From Terriglobia bacterium (GTDB lineage Bacteria > Acidobacteriota > Terriglobia > JAJPHL01 > JAPKYU01), in the NCBI GenBank assembly GCA_965206645.1, contig CBDBKE010000004.1, positions 1,920,001 to 1,984,000 on the forward strand: a stretch of 64,000 nt of DNA. Direction: 5' to 3'. Each line of letters starts with the position of its first letter. Within the stretch, counting starts at the first letter, position 1. This document shows, piece by piece, positions 9,782 to 19,789 of the stretch. The notes below the pieces were generated by a model, which did no database searches, was not told the origin of the DNA, and was given only the letters and a program-made list of their open reading frames with translations. A program made the translations under genes and the position numbers.

Positions 9782-11439
9782 CCGGAATTTCCATTTCGAG
9801 CTTCCTCTTCACCCGAAAAGCTATGCCTCGTACCCTGTCGTGTCAACCGCAAACAGCTCTGGCCTCTTTGAGGTGGTAGTGCGGCACATTTTGGCTGTTC
9901 TTCGGAGTCGCTGTGCGGGTTTCGCCTGCCCAGCCTGCCGCGCCGCTGACACTTATCCGGCCCGACCACTTCTGAGCACCTAAAATTACCCTCTCTCCCG
10001 GTTCGCTAGCCGTCTGGCAGCGGCAGTGCCGAGATCGTTCGCAGCATGCTGCTGAACAGCCTCCGGCTCAAGTGCCCTTCGGCCAGCAAAAGCCAGTAAT
10101 ATCGCGCATGTTTCACCAGCCGTCCTCCCGTTTTCACCAACCGCTGTTGCAAGCTCGTCAGGGACCAGTTCCCGATTCTCTGTGGCAGCACCAGTCGCCG
10201 CCACAGGTTGCCGAGATTATAGGCAATGATGGTGAGCCACAGCCGGACCTCGTTCGACCGGAACCGGTGACAACTGAGCCGCGTCATCTTCACTGCTTGC
10301 TTTCCTTCTTTGATCCACTGCTCCGCTGTCCCCCGCTTGTTGTAAAACCGCATCACCGCCCGACTTGGCAGAGTCAAGTTCGTAACGATAAACCCTACTC
10401 GCGGGAACAGCTCCCCTGGATGATGCTCCACCTTGGCCACCACCCTGCGGGCTGTCTTCCAACTGGCCGCTTGGTATAGAAAGCCCTTGAACTCCACCAA
10501 CGGCTTCTTGCTGGGTCTCCCCACCGGCCGAGTCAGCAACTCCTCAATGTCCCGCTGTAGGCTGTCGTTAGCCGGGATGCGGATGGCGTACTTTACCTCC
10601 CGCTCCTCCAGAGCCTCGTAAATCTCCGGCTTGGCAAAGGCCGCGTCGGCACGAAACACCACTTCCTTGCCCAGCTGCTGCTGCCGCTCGATCTCCGGCA
10701 GGAGAAGTTCTTTCCAGTCCTCGGCGCTGTGCACGTTGCCCGGTCGCAGCTTGGCCGCCAGACAGTCACCCTCGCGATTGAACAGCAACAACGGGTGATA
10801 GCAGCTCGACTCGAAATGCCCGTTGTAGGCACTCTGCTCCTGCTGGCCGTAGACCGGAATCTCGGTCGAGTCCATGTCCAGCACCACCCGTTGCGGGGAA
10901 TCCATAGCTTCCGCCCTGGCGATTAAATCCCGGTTGATCGCTGCCAAACCAGCCAGGTTCTCATCTTGCGTCAGTAGTTCTGTCTCGAACGATTGCAGCC
11001 GGGAAGTCAACGCGGCTCCTCGCTCCCAGATCTTTTCTGAACCGATCAGCCGGAACGTCGGATCTTGAGAGAGCCGTTCCGCGTCATTCATATCTTCGTA
11101 ACCCGCCAAGCGGCTGTACACGGACTGGCGCAGGAGGTCAGCAAAGGGCAACCGTGTGTTCTTTCTCCGAGGATCGGCCAAGTGCTGTTTGATGAGTTCT
11201 CCGAATCCCAAATGTTCGTCTGATTCGCGCACGAGGATCAGGCCGCCGTCGGAAGTAACCCGCGACCCCTGGAAATCGACCTTCAATGCAGCATTGAAAG
11301 AGAACTGAAAGGGCTGATTTTGCCTCTCACCCACTCGGTTTCTACCTCCGGAAGCTGTATTGACGCTGGAACCGGCATAAATATTGGCGTCGGAGGTCAG
11401 TATAAGGTTAGCTTTGGAGTTTTAAAACGGAAATCCGGG
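9782..11439 (-). mobile_element. IS1380-family element (copy b), complete
   Basis: IRR CCGGAATTTCC at 9782, IRL GGAAATCCGGG at 11429-11439; no flanking duplication seen. Confidence 0.92.
10006..11334 (-). CDS. IS1380 transposase
   Basis: VTSDGGL, LDMDST, RADAAF, RGTAEQWIKEGK. Confidence 0.93.
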   Translation of the reverse strand: MGERQNQPFQFSFNAALKVDFQGSRVTSDGGLILVRESDEHLGFGELIKQHLADPRRKNTRLPFADLLRQSVYSRLAGYEDMNDAERLSQDPTFRLIGSEKIWERGAALTSRLQSFETELLTQDENLAGLAAINRDLIARAEAMDSPQRVVLDMDSTEIPVYGQQEQSAYNGHFESSCYHPLLLFNREGDCLAAKLRPGNVHSAEDWKELLLPEIERQQQLGKEVVFRADAAFAKPEIYEALEEREVKYAIRIPANDSLQRDIEELLTRPVGRPSKKPLVEFKGFLYQAASWKTARRVVAKVEHHPGELFPRVGFIVTNLTLPSRAVMRFYNKRGTAEQWIKEGKQAVKMTRLSCHRFRSNEVRLWLTIIAYNLGNLWRRLVLPQRIGNWSLTSLQQRLVKTGGRLVKHARYYWLLLAEGHLSRRLFSSMLRTISALPLPDG

Positions 11440-14400
11440 GGAAGGACCAGCGGGACGGCGCCCGTCGCAACGCCGGTGGGCACCACCACGTTCACCTGGT
11501 AGAGGCCCACAAAGCCGGGCGCCAGACCCTGATAGGCTATCGCGGCGTCGAGCCCGCCGATGGTCACCGTCACCGGCAGTTGCACGGTGCTGAACGGGGG
11601 CGCGGGGGCTCCCGTCTCCACCTGCTCCTGCACGGCGCCAAGACCGGTGCAGAAGATCTGTATCGTGTCTCCAGCGCGCACCGGGTTCTGCGCCGTCACC
11701 AGCAGGAACGAGGCGTCCAGGATGGCGGCGTTTTCACCCGCAATGAAGATGCCCGGCTGCACCGGAGCAATCCGGTAGTTCTGCGGTGAAGTCAGCAGGT
11801 CACCTACGTTGACGGTGACCCCAACGTCATCGCCGGGGCGGGTCTCAAACGGCACCTGCGCGTTGATCTGCCCCGGGCCGGCGAAATACAGCGGCGCATC
11901 TCGATCGCCGATCCGTACGCTGTCCCCGGCCAGGTCCCGCTCCAGCGGCAGCTGGGTGGCGAAGTTGTTCTCGGTCGCGAAGCGTGCGCCGAACAGGGAG
12001 ATGATGCCACCCGGCGCCAGCGGCCGCCGCGCGGTGAAACCGGCTCCTTCCACCACTCCCTCGGGAAACAGCACCGGCAACTGCACGGCTCCGGGCGCCG
12101 CCGCCGTGGAAACCGTGAAGGAGCGGCGCGCCGTAGCAAACGAGGGATGCAGCGCCACAAACGTCACCGTCACCTCGGCCGCCTCGCTCACCGGCGTCCA
12201 GGTGCCAGTGTAGAAGCCGTCGCCCAGTGACCGCAGCGAGATATTCAACCCTTCGATGCTGGCCAGCACGGTGGCATCGCTAACGACTGTGCCGCAGGTG
12301 TCTACCGTCACCGCCACCAGCACCCTGGGGAAAGACACCGGCAGGCTGAGGCCATTGCCGATGGTGGTGGCCAGCAGCTCCAGCCCCGATGGAGCGCACT
12401 GGGCCGTGCGTGGCGGACCCACCGCCTGCGTCCGGAGCGCCGTGCCCGGCGGCGTCACGATCAGCAACACGCCTACCTGCTGCGGCACGCCTGCGGAGAA
12501 GGTGCCGGTGATGGTGCCCCGGCAAACGCCAGCCGCCAACCGCGCCTGGTTCACCGAAACCTGGGTCGTGAACGGACCCCCCGACGCGGTCCCGCTCGTC
12601 GGGCTCACCATCAGCCAGTCGCCGCCGGAACTGGTCGCAGCCACGAAGTCAGCTGTGAGTGTTCCTCCCCCAGCGTTGCTCACCGTCAGGTCTTGCTCCG
12701 CCAGCAGCGCGCCATCCTGCTCGGCGACGAACAGCATCCCGTTAGGGCCAATGTCCGCCGTTACCGGCGTGTTTGTAGGCACCACGTGCAGCGTCGTCGT
12801 GAACAGTTGCGGATCGTTGCTGGCCCCCGGCGCCGATACCGTCACCAGTACCTGCAAGACCCCGGCCGCCAGCCCCGACGGGTTCGCCGCCAGAGTGATC
12901 GCCGAAGCCTGGGCCGCGCCGACGCCGGCCGTCCCCGACTGCGGGGAAGCCGTCAGCCAAGGAGGCAACTCGGAGAGGGACCAGCTCACCGGCTCAGTCC
13001 CGTTGTTCAACACCCGCAGCGTCTGTGCCGGCGGCGCGAATCCGCCTTCCGCCACCCGGAACAGAAACGCCGTCTGGTCCAACAGTAGCTGGCCGCCCGG
13101 CGAGGTCACGACCGCCTGCACGGGAACCGCAATGGAAAAGCCAGTATCCGTATTGGTGACGCTGACCACCGCCTGGAACACTCCGGCGGCGGCCAGCGCG
13201 GCAAAGTTGACCTCCACGGTGACAGTCGCCGGCTGCTGTAAGGTGGCGCTGCCGGAGGTGGGAGAAACAGTGAGCCAGCCGCTTCCATTCAGCAGCTCCA
13301 CCGTGGCGCTCCAGTTCACCGTGCCGGCGTCGCTGCCAACCTGCAATGCCTGCTGCGCAGGGGGATCACCGACGGCCCCGGAAAAACTTAGCGTCAAGGG
13401 CGATACGGTCAAGGCGGAAACCGGAGCCGTTCCGGCCTGGGTCACCGTGAAGGTCTGCCCGGCAATCGTCATCGTCCCGGTGCGCGAACTGGCGCCGGGA
13501 TTGGCCGCCACCGAGTATTCCACCGTGCCATTGCCACTGCCGCTCTCGCCCGAGGTGATGGTGATCCAACTGTCGTTGCTTGACGCCGTCCACATACACC
13601 CGTCTGGTGCCATCAAGGCCAGGCTGCCAGTTCCCCCACTGGCCGGGAAGGATTCACTGGTCGGGGCAATGGAGAAAGTGCAGCCCACTGCCACGTCGCT
13701 GATCTTGACAATGAAGGCGTCCGAGCTTCCGGCCTTAGTGGCCTGAAAAGGGCTTGCCGTGGGGAAGTTGGTCGAATCGGTGTTGCCGGTCACATAGGCG
13801 CTACCGGAGGTGTCCACAGCGATGGCGTTACCATCATCGTTGCCACTGCCGCCCAGGTAGGTGGAGTAAACCAAAGCGTTGCCTGCGGCATTCAATTTCG
13901 TCACAAAGGCGTCCCGGCCGCCGCCGTGGGCCGGCTGGATTGGATTGGCCGTGGGGAAGTCGGCCGATTCAGTAACGCCAGTCACATAGGCGTTCCCGGC
14001 GGCGTCCACGGCGATGCCTCCGCCAAAACGATTTTCAACGCCGCTGCCTCCCAGGTAAGTGGAATAAACCAGAGCGCTACCGGAGGCATTTAATTTCGTC
14101 ACAAACACGTCGCCGCTGGTGGCGCTACTGGCCTGGAAGGGACTTGCCGTGGGGAAGTCGCCCGACCGCGTCAGGCCCGTCACATAGGCGTTGCCGGAGG
14201 TGTCAACAGCGATGCCTGCGCCCTGATCGAGGCCGTTACCGCCAAGGTAGGTGGAATAAACCAGAGCGCTGCCGGCGGTATTCAATTTCGTCACAAACGC
14301 GTCCACGACACCGAAAGCGAAAGTAGGCTGGAAGGGACTGACCGTGGGGAAGTCGGTCGACTCGGTGTCGCCCGTCACGTAGGCGTTGCCGGCGGCGTCT

Positions 14401-15506
14401 ACGGCGATGCCCTCACCATTGTCGAAGCTACTGCCGCCCAGGTAGGTGGAGTAAACCAGAGCGTTGCCGGCGGTGTTCAATTTCGTCACAAAAGTGTCGT
14501 CGTCGGAGATGTTGCCGGCGAAAGCGGCCTGGAAGGCATTGGCCGTGGGGAAGTCCGTCGATTTCGTAGTGCCCGTCACGTAGGCGTTGCCCGCGGCGTC
14601 TACGGCAATGCCGCGGCCACGGTCCCGGGCGCTACCGCCGAGGTAGGTGGAGTACACCAGTACCGGATCAATGATCAGAGGCTTGCCGGCATCATACGCA
14701 GCCACCTGGAAACCCACCTGGTACCCGCCGTTGAGCACATAAGACCCGGCGATTTCCCGCCGGATGCCATCTACCTCCTGGTAGACCAGAGGCTTGTGCT
14801 GGCGGATTTCCCCGCCAGCGGTCTCAAGCACCAAGTCGCCCTGGGCATCAATCCGGAGCTTCTCCACGCCGTCAAAGCTGAGCGCGATGGCGTCCGGATC
14901 GGCGCCAGGAGCGACAACCAGGTCGTATTCCAGTTGGCGCTGGTTGCCGTAGTAAACCAGGTCCACGCCGGGATAAACGTCCTGATACTGCACCCGGGCA
15001 TAGTTGGGGACGTCCGTGTGCCACTTGTCGGGATCGTTTCCGAGGAAATAGTTGCTCTTGCCGGGCAGTTCCTCCAGCCCGGTCACCCGTGGCGATGGGT
15101 TGGCGCCGACCAGCTTCATACGTAGCACGGCCGTTGGGGCAGCAGGAGCCTGCTCCGCTTCTGCATTGCGCGGCGTCCCATTGTCTCTGCGCGGTCTGTT
15201 GGACGCGACGGGCTTGCGCAAGGCCAACACTGCCTCAGTGGGAGTCAAGAACAGGGTGTAGCCGCTGCCCCGCGACAGGAAGTCCACACGGTTGTCGGTC
15301 TGCCCCTCATTGGCTTCAAAGCTTAGCGGCAGCTTGCCGTAAGCCTCCACGACCTGCAGCTTGTTGGCCGCCGGAGTGTTCGCTGTGGAGGATGGCTTAT
15401 GGACAAGGAGTGGGCCTGTGTCGAACTTCATCAGGCCGATGGCCAGCAGCCCGAGCGGTAGCAGCGCCATTCCCGGTCCTGCACTACGAAGCAAGGTCCT
15501 GCGCAT
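11440..15506 (-). CDS. Secreted SBBP-repeat beta-propeller protein with BACON/Ig-like domains and TIGR03437-like C-terminal domain; last residues replaced by IS1380
   Basis: LPLSFEANEGQ; repeated LVYSTYLGG..IAVDAAGNAYVTG..DFPT; C-terminal YQGLAPGFVGLYQVN; RBS GAGGGGG before 15506. Confidence 0.88.
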
Positions 15507-15861
15507 GGCTGTCCCCCTCGGATGTGAAGGACCAAAGATTATCGCCTGCGGGGTCGCATGTCCACTTGCCGAGAAAATGTTCTGCGGCATGGGCCGCATT
15601 TCGCTCGCATCTATTCCTGGAAGCTGGTCCACTGGAAGTTGGCGAGATACCTCCTTCTCATCAGCGATGCCGGATAAGTTCCGCCTTGTATCTCAGTCTA
15701 TGTAGAATCCTCCAGGGTTCTGCTACTCCAGGGCGCTGGGGTAAAGGGAGGCGTGAACCCAGGTCCACTCCGGGATAGACGTCCCCGTACTGCATACCCA
15801 AAAAGTTTCTTAAAGCCAGGAGTGAGGTACTCGTTGTCGGGTGGCCTGATAGAATTTCCCT

Positions 15862-16308
15862 ATGAGCGGTTACACCGAAGAACACGCGCGCGCGGGCATC
15901 CGGACCAAGCTGCCGGCGCTGGAGACCTGGCCCAACCAGTACGGCGGCTACACGATCACCATCGAATACCCGGAGTACACCTCGATCTGCCCCAAGACCG
16001 GCCTGCCGGATTACGCCACGATCACGATCGAATACGCGCCCGCCGAGCGGTGCGTGGAGTTGAAATCGCTGAAGATGTACCTGCTGGCCTACCGGAATCT
16101 GGGCATTTTCTACGAGAACGCGGTGAACCGGATTCTGGCGGATCTGGTGGCAGCCTGCCGGCCAGTTTCGGCCACCGTCATCGGCGAATTCACGGCGCGG
16201 GGCGGCATGCGCAGCACTGTCGTGGCCCGCTGGCCCAGACCGGAAGGTTTAAAGTCCAAGGTCCAAAGCCCAAGGTTCAAGACCCAAGGTTCAAAGCCGA
16301 AGCGGTGA
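15862..16308 (+). CDS. queF: NADPH-dependent 7-cyano-7-deazaguanine reductase (unimodular QueF)
   Basis: EYTSICPKTGLPDYA, VELKSLKMYL, FYENAVNRI, F-x-ARGG. Confidence 0.92.
   Translation: MSGYTEEHARAGIRTKLPALETWPNQYGGYTITIEYPEYTSICPKTGLPDYATITIEYAPAERCVELKSLKMYLLAYRNLGIFYENAVNRILADLVAACRPVSATVIGEFTARGGMRSTVVARWPRPEGLKSKVQSPRFKTQGSKPKR
16245..16300 (+). repeat. Degenerate heptamer tandem repeat at the 3' end of queF
   Basis: AGGTTTA AAGTCCA AGGTCCA AAGCCCA AGGTTCA AGACCCA AGGTTCA AAGCCGA. Confidence 0.7.
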
Positions 16309-16355
16309 TACTGGAGAGCGGGCTTAGGAGACGGGCGCAGCGGGACTGGAATCAC

Positions 16356-19300
16356 TCAGGGTCGCGTGTCGAGAGTCGCCTCGGCGAGGATTCTGCCAAC
16401 CACGCCGTTCGAAACCTTGCGCAGAATGAAGCGATAGACGTGCCCGGGCTCGATGAAATCGGCCTGCTGTTCGCCAAAGACGAATCCCGCGAAGAGCACC
16501 TCTTCGCCGCCATCTTCGGTGACGAAAACCTGCGCGGCGCTCGTGTTGGTGGTTGACCAGGTCACCAGGCCCTCGGGAGTCACGCTAATCTCCCCTGCAG
16601 ACAAATCGCGGACGGGCAGGAAAGTTTGGTTGGCCGAAAGCGAGCCGACGAACACTATTACTTGAGCGTCATCGCCGTCCTCAAACAGGTTCGCAGCCAC
16701 CTGCACATTAAACTGCAGCACGCCGACGAAGCCCGGAGCCAGTCCGGCAAACTTGATGGCAGCGTCTTTACGCTGGATCGAGACGCTGGCGATGGTGCTA
16801 ATCAGTGCATCCGCGGGAGAAGCTTCGCCAGTGACTGCCACCGGCAGGTCCGAGATAGTTCGTAGAACGAAACGATACAGACGCCCTGCCTGGTAGAACC
16901 CCGTTTCTTCCCCCTCCGTGCCATCCTCGAACAGGGATTCCTGCTCGCCATCTACGGAAATGTGGACGCGCGCGGCCGTCACGTCGGTGGTGGACCAAGT
17001 CACCGTGCCCTCGGAGTCCACCGAAATGTCCCCGGAGGCTCCGTTGGAAACCGTTACAAATGTATCCAGAGAGGCGCTGGCGAGCAGCTCGCCCTGCAGT
17101 CCCTCGATGAACATCCACAGCGTGAACTGGTAGTGCTGGCCGGGCGTGATGAAGTCTGCTTGCTTGGTGCCGGAGAGGCCCGTGGCGAATGGCTCGGGCG
17201 GCGCGCCGTCCACTGAGACCAGGACGCGGGCGTCCGGGACACCAGCGGCTGACCAGGTAACCAGGCCCTCCGGGGTCACCTCAATCTGCCCGGAACCTCC
17301 GTCCGTGGCTTGCCCGCGCGTGTCCAGCACCGCGATGGCAACGATGTCGCCCACGCCGCCGCCGTCGAACGGCCTGAGGATGAAACGGTAGATGTGCCCG
17401 GGCTCGATGAAGTCGGCTGTTTCCGTACCCTCGGCGCCCTCGGCGAAGAACACTTCCTCGCCCCCATCGGTTGCAACGAACACCTGGGCGCTTTCGCTGA
17501 AGGAAATGGACCAGGTCACCGCCCCGTCGGCGCTTACCCGGAGCTCGCCTCGGTCGCGGGTATCCAGGATGGCAGTAGCTAACGCGTCGCCCGGCAAGCC
17601 CAATACTTGTACGCCAGTGCCATAGAAGACGATTATCCCGCCGGGCACAAGCGGATGCTCGTCGTCCACGGGGGTGAAATCCGGGTGGAAGGCGAGCAGC
17701 CGGCCTATTCCATTTCCGGAAACAGTAAACAAGCCGGTGGTCAGTTGGTTGAGGCCGACGGGCATGGCGTTGGACAGGAGCACTTCTCCTGACTCGGTGC
17801 GCTTGCGGATGACCACGCTGGCGTTTCTGCCCTCTGTCTCCCAAGGGACCTGGAAGTTGATCTGGGTTTGGGAGACAAAGAACAACGGGGCGGGCACGCT
17901 GTTGACCAGCACACTAGTGCCCGCCAATTCACGCGGGAGGGGAATCTGCTCAGCTACGGCCGTCTGTGGGGCCAGGTCGCGCCCAAACAGGGCGGCGATA
18001 TTGCCGGGCGTCACCTCTAGGCGAGGCCCGCCGAAGTTGATGCGGGAAATGTCCGGAAGCAAGCTGCTGATTTCCACTAGAAGTTCGGTGGGCTCACCGT
18101 TCTCGGGTGTTTCGCCTTCCTCGCCTTCCTCGTCTCCCTCGGGCCCGCCGAGCCCTATGGGTTGGAAGTAGACGACCTGTCCGCCGGGCGAGCCGCCAAC
18201 ATAAGCGCGATAGTTGGTCGCACCAGGCACTTCATCGAAGGTCACGATCAGCTTGCTGTTCTCCGGCACCGTCACCATGACCTCTTCGGAGGGTATGCTC
18301 TCGAAAAGGAGGTCGCTGTTTTCCGCGGTCATCTTGATGTAGTAGTCGCCCGCGCCGAGGAACCCGTCGGGCTCGACCTGGACGGTGACGCCGGTGGGGC
18401 GGCCCAGGCCGTTGCCGGAAAAGCTCGCTGCGCTCAAAACCGAACCCTGGTCGAACAGCGGCACTCCCGGCTCGAATTTCACGACGCGTCGGTTAATGCT
18501 GTCCGCTACCAGCACGCCCGACTCGGTGGCCGCCAGCGCGATGGGCAAAGCCAGCACGCCGGCGGTAACCTGATTGGGAAGATCCTGCGGGTCCAAAACA
18601 CTGAAGAAGTCCTTTTGTCCGAGCACCAAATCGGCCGGCGTGCCGTCGCTGGTGGGAATCTGGTTGAAGACCAGGACCCGGTTGTTGCCCGTGTCGGCAA
18701 TGAACAGCCTGGTCCCATCGGTTAAGGCGTAACGCGGGAAATTCAGCGAGGCCGGGCCGGTGCCGGCCGTGTCGGTGGTGAAGTCCGGCTGCCCCACCAC
18801 CACGTCGGCTGGTGCGTTGTTGCTGGTGGGAATTTGATTGTAGATCAGCACGCGGTTGTGTCCCAGGTCGGTGACGATCAGGCGCACTCCGTCGGAGAAT
18901 ACCGCGGTGGGGTCGCGCAGACTGGTGTTGCTGGCCGGCAGATCTTCGGCGGAGTTGAAGTCGGCTTGTCCCAGCACTACGTCGGCTGGGACCCCACTCA
19001 AAGTGGGGACAGCGTTATAGATCAGCACGCGGTGGTTAAACGTGTCCGCCACGAACATTTGCTGCCCGTCTAGGAACACGCCGTTTGGCCCGCGCATGCC
19101 GGTCTCATCGGTATTGGCGGCTGCGCTTTCGAAATCGCTCTGGCCGACGACCACATCGGCGGCGGCCCCGTTGGCCGTGGGGATGTTGTTGAACAACAGC
19201 ACGCGGTTGTTTCCCCAGTCAGCGACGGCTAGGCGCTGGCCGTCGCTGCTGATCCCCACCGGCCGGTTCAGGGAACTCTGGGAAAGCCCCGGGTCCGTCT

Positions 19301-19688
19301 GGCCGAAGTCCGGCTGTCCGATGACAACGCTGGCCGAAGATCCCAGCGTCAGTTGTGAAAGGTTATCGAAGACCAGGATTCGATTGTTGGTGGGCGCGGT
19401 AAACGGCAGGCTGCCATCGCACACAATCAGCCGGTCGCCGGCTACCGCCAGGCCAGTGACCGAGCCGGCCTCAGCGGCGGCAGTGCCGGGAGTGCTCGAG
19501 CTGAAATTCCTCTGGCCGATGACGGCGACGGCAGCTTGACCGGTAACGTAGCGGCTGCTGTCGGCGGTCTCTTGCGCCAGCACGGTCGGGGCCGGCAGAG
19601 CCGACAAGCCGACTACTAAGCCAACCAGGGTAAGTACGCGGGACACTAGACTGACCGTGCTCCTGGAACGAGTCGCAAAAACTACCAA
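16356..19688 (-). CDS. Secreted NHL-repeat protein with split TIGR03437-like domain and four ~80-aa beta-rich repeats
   Basis: Signal peptide; ADxxNNRVL..ADVVVGQPDF repeats; PLFFVSQTQINFQVP and FAGLAPGFVGVLQFN. Confidence 0.85.
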   Translation of the reverse strand: MVVFATRSRSTVSLVSRVLTLVGLVVGLSALPAPTVLAQETADSSRYVTGQAAVAVIGQRNFSSSTPGTAAAEAGSVTGLAVAGDRLIVCDGSLPFTAPTNNRILVFDNLSQLTLGSSASVVIGQPDFGQTDPGLSQSSLNRPVGISSDGQRLAVADWGNNRVLLFNNIPTANGAAADVVVGQSDFESAAANTDETGMRGPNGVFLDGQQMFVADTFNHRVLIYNAVPTLSGVPADVVLGQADFNSAEDLPASNTSLRDPTAVFSDGVRLIVTDLGHNRVLIYNQIPTSNNAPADVVVGQPDFTTDTAGTGPASLNFPRYALTDGTRLFIADTGNNRVLVFNQIPTSDGTPADLVLGQKDFFSVLDPQDLPNQVTAGVLALPIALAATESGVLVADSINRRVVKFEPGVPLFDQGSVLSAASFSGNGLGRPTGVTVQVEPDGFLGAGDYYIKMTAENSDLLFESIPSEEVMVTVPENSKLIVTFDEVPGATNYRAYVGGSPGGQVVYFQPIGLGGPEGDEEGEEGETPENGEPTELLVEISSLLPDISRINFGGPRLEVTPGNIAALFGRDLAPQTAVAEQIPLPRELAGTSVLVNSVPAPLFFVSQTQINFQVPWETEGRNASVVIRKRTESGEVLLSNAMPVGLNQLTTGLFTVSGNGIGRLLAFHPDFTPVDDEHPLVPGGIIVFYGTGVQVLGLPGDALATAILDTRDRGELRVSADGAVTWSISFSESAQVFVATDGGEEVFFAEGAEGTETADFIEPGHIYRFILRPFDGGGVGDIVAIAVLDTRGQATDGGSGQIEVTPEGLVTWSAAGVPDARVLVSVDGAPPEPFATGLSGTKQADFITPGQHYQFTLWMFIEGLQGELLASASLDTFVTVSNGASGDISVDSEGTVTWSTTDVTAARVHISVDGEQESLFEDGTEGEETGFYQAGRLYRFVLRTISDLPVAVTGEASPADALISTIASVSIQRKDAAIKFAGLAPGFVGVLQFNVQVAANLFEDGDDAQVIVFVGSLSANQTFLPVRDLSAGEISVTPEGLVTWSTTNTSAAQVFVTEDGGEEVLFAGFVFGEQQADFIEPGHVYRFILRKVSNGVVGRILAEATLDTRP

Positions 19689-19789
19689 GCATTACTATTT
19701 TAACGCGAACCTCTACGATTGCGCAACGATGCTAGAGCGGCCGTCCCGAAAGGCCTCCATGGCAGCATGATAGAATTTCCCATCCACTT

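Noticed and set aside
12256-13746. 496-aa plus-strand ORF and similar long antisense ORFs (21469-22653, 44179-45684, 45588-46607)
   Set aside because: Shadows of GC-rich genes on the opposite strand, with no recognisable motifs.
13740-14660. Repeated ~170-190-bp DNA units resembling an array
   Set aside because: They are in-frame SBBP protein repeats, not CRISPR or non-coding repeats.
15800-15861. preQ1 riboswitch upstream of queF
   Set aside because: No recognisable stem plus A-rich tail consensus.
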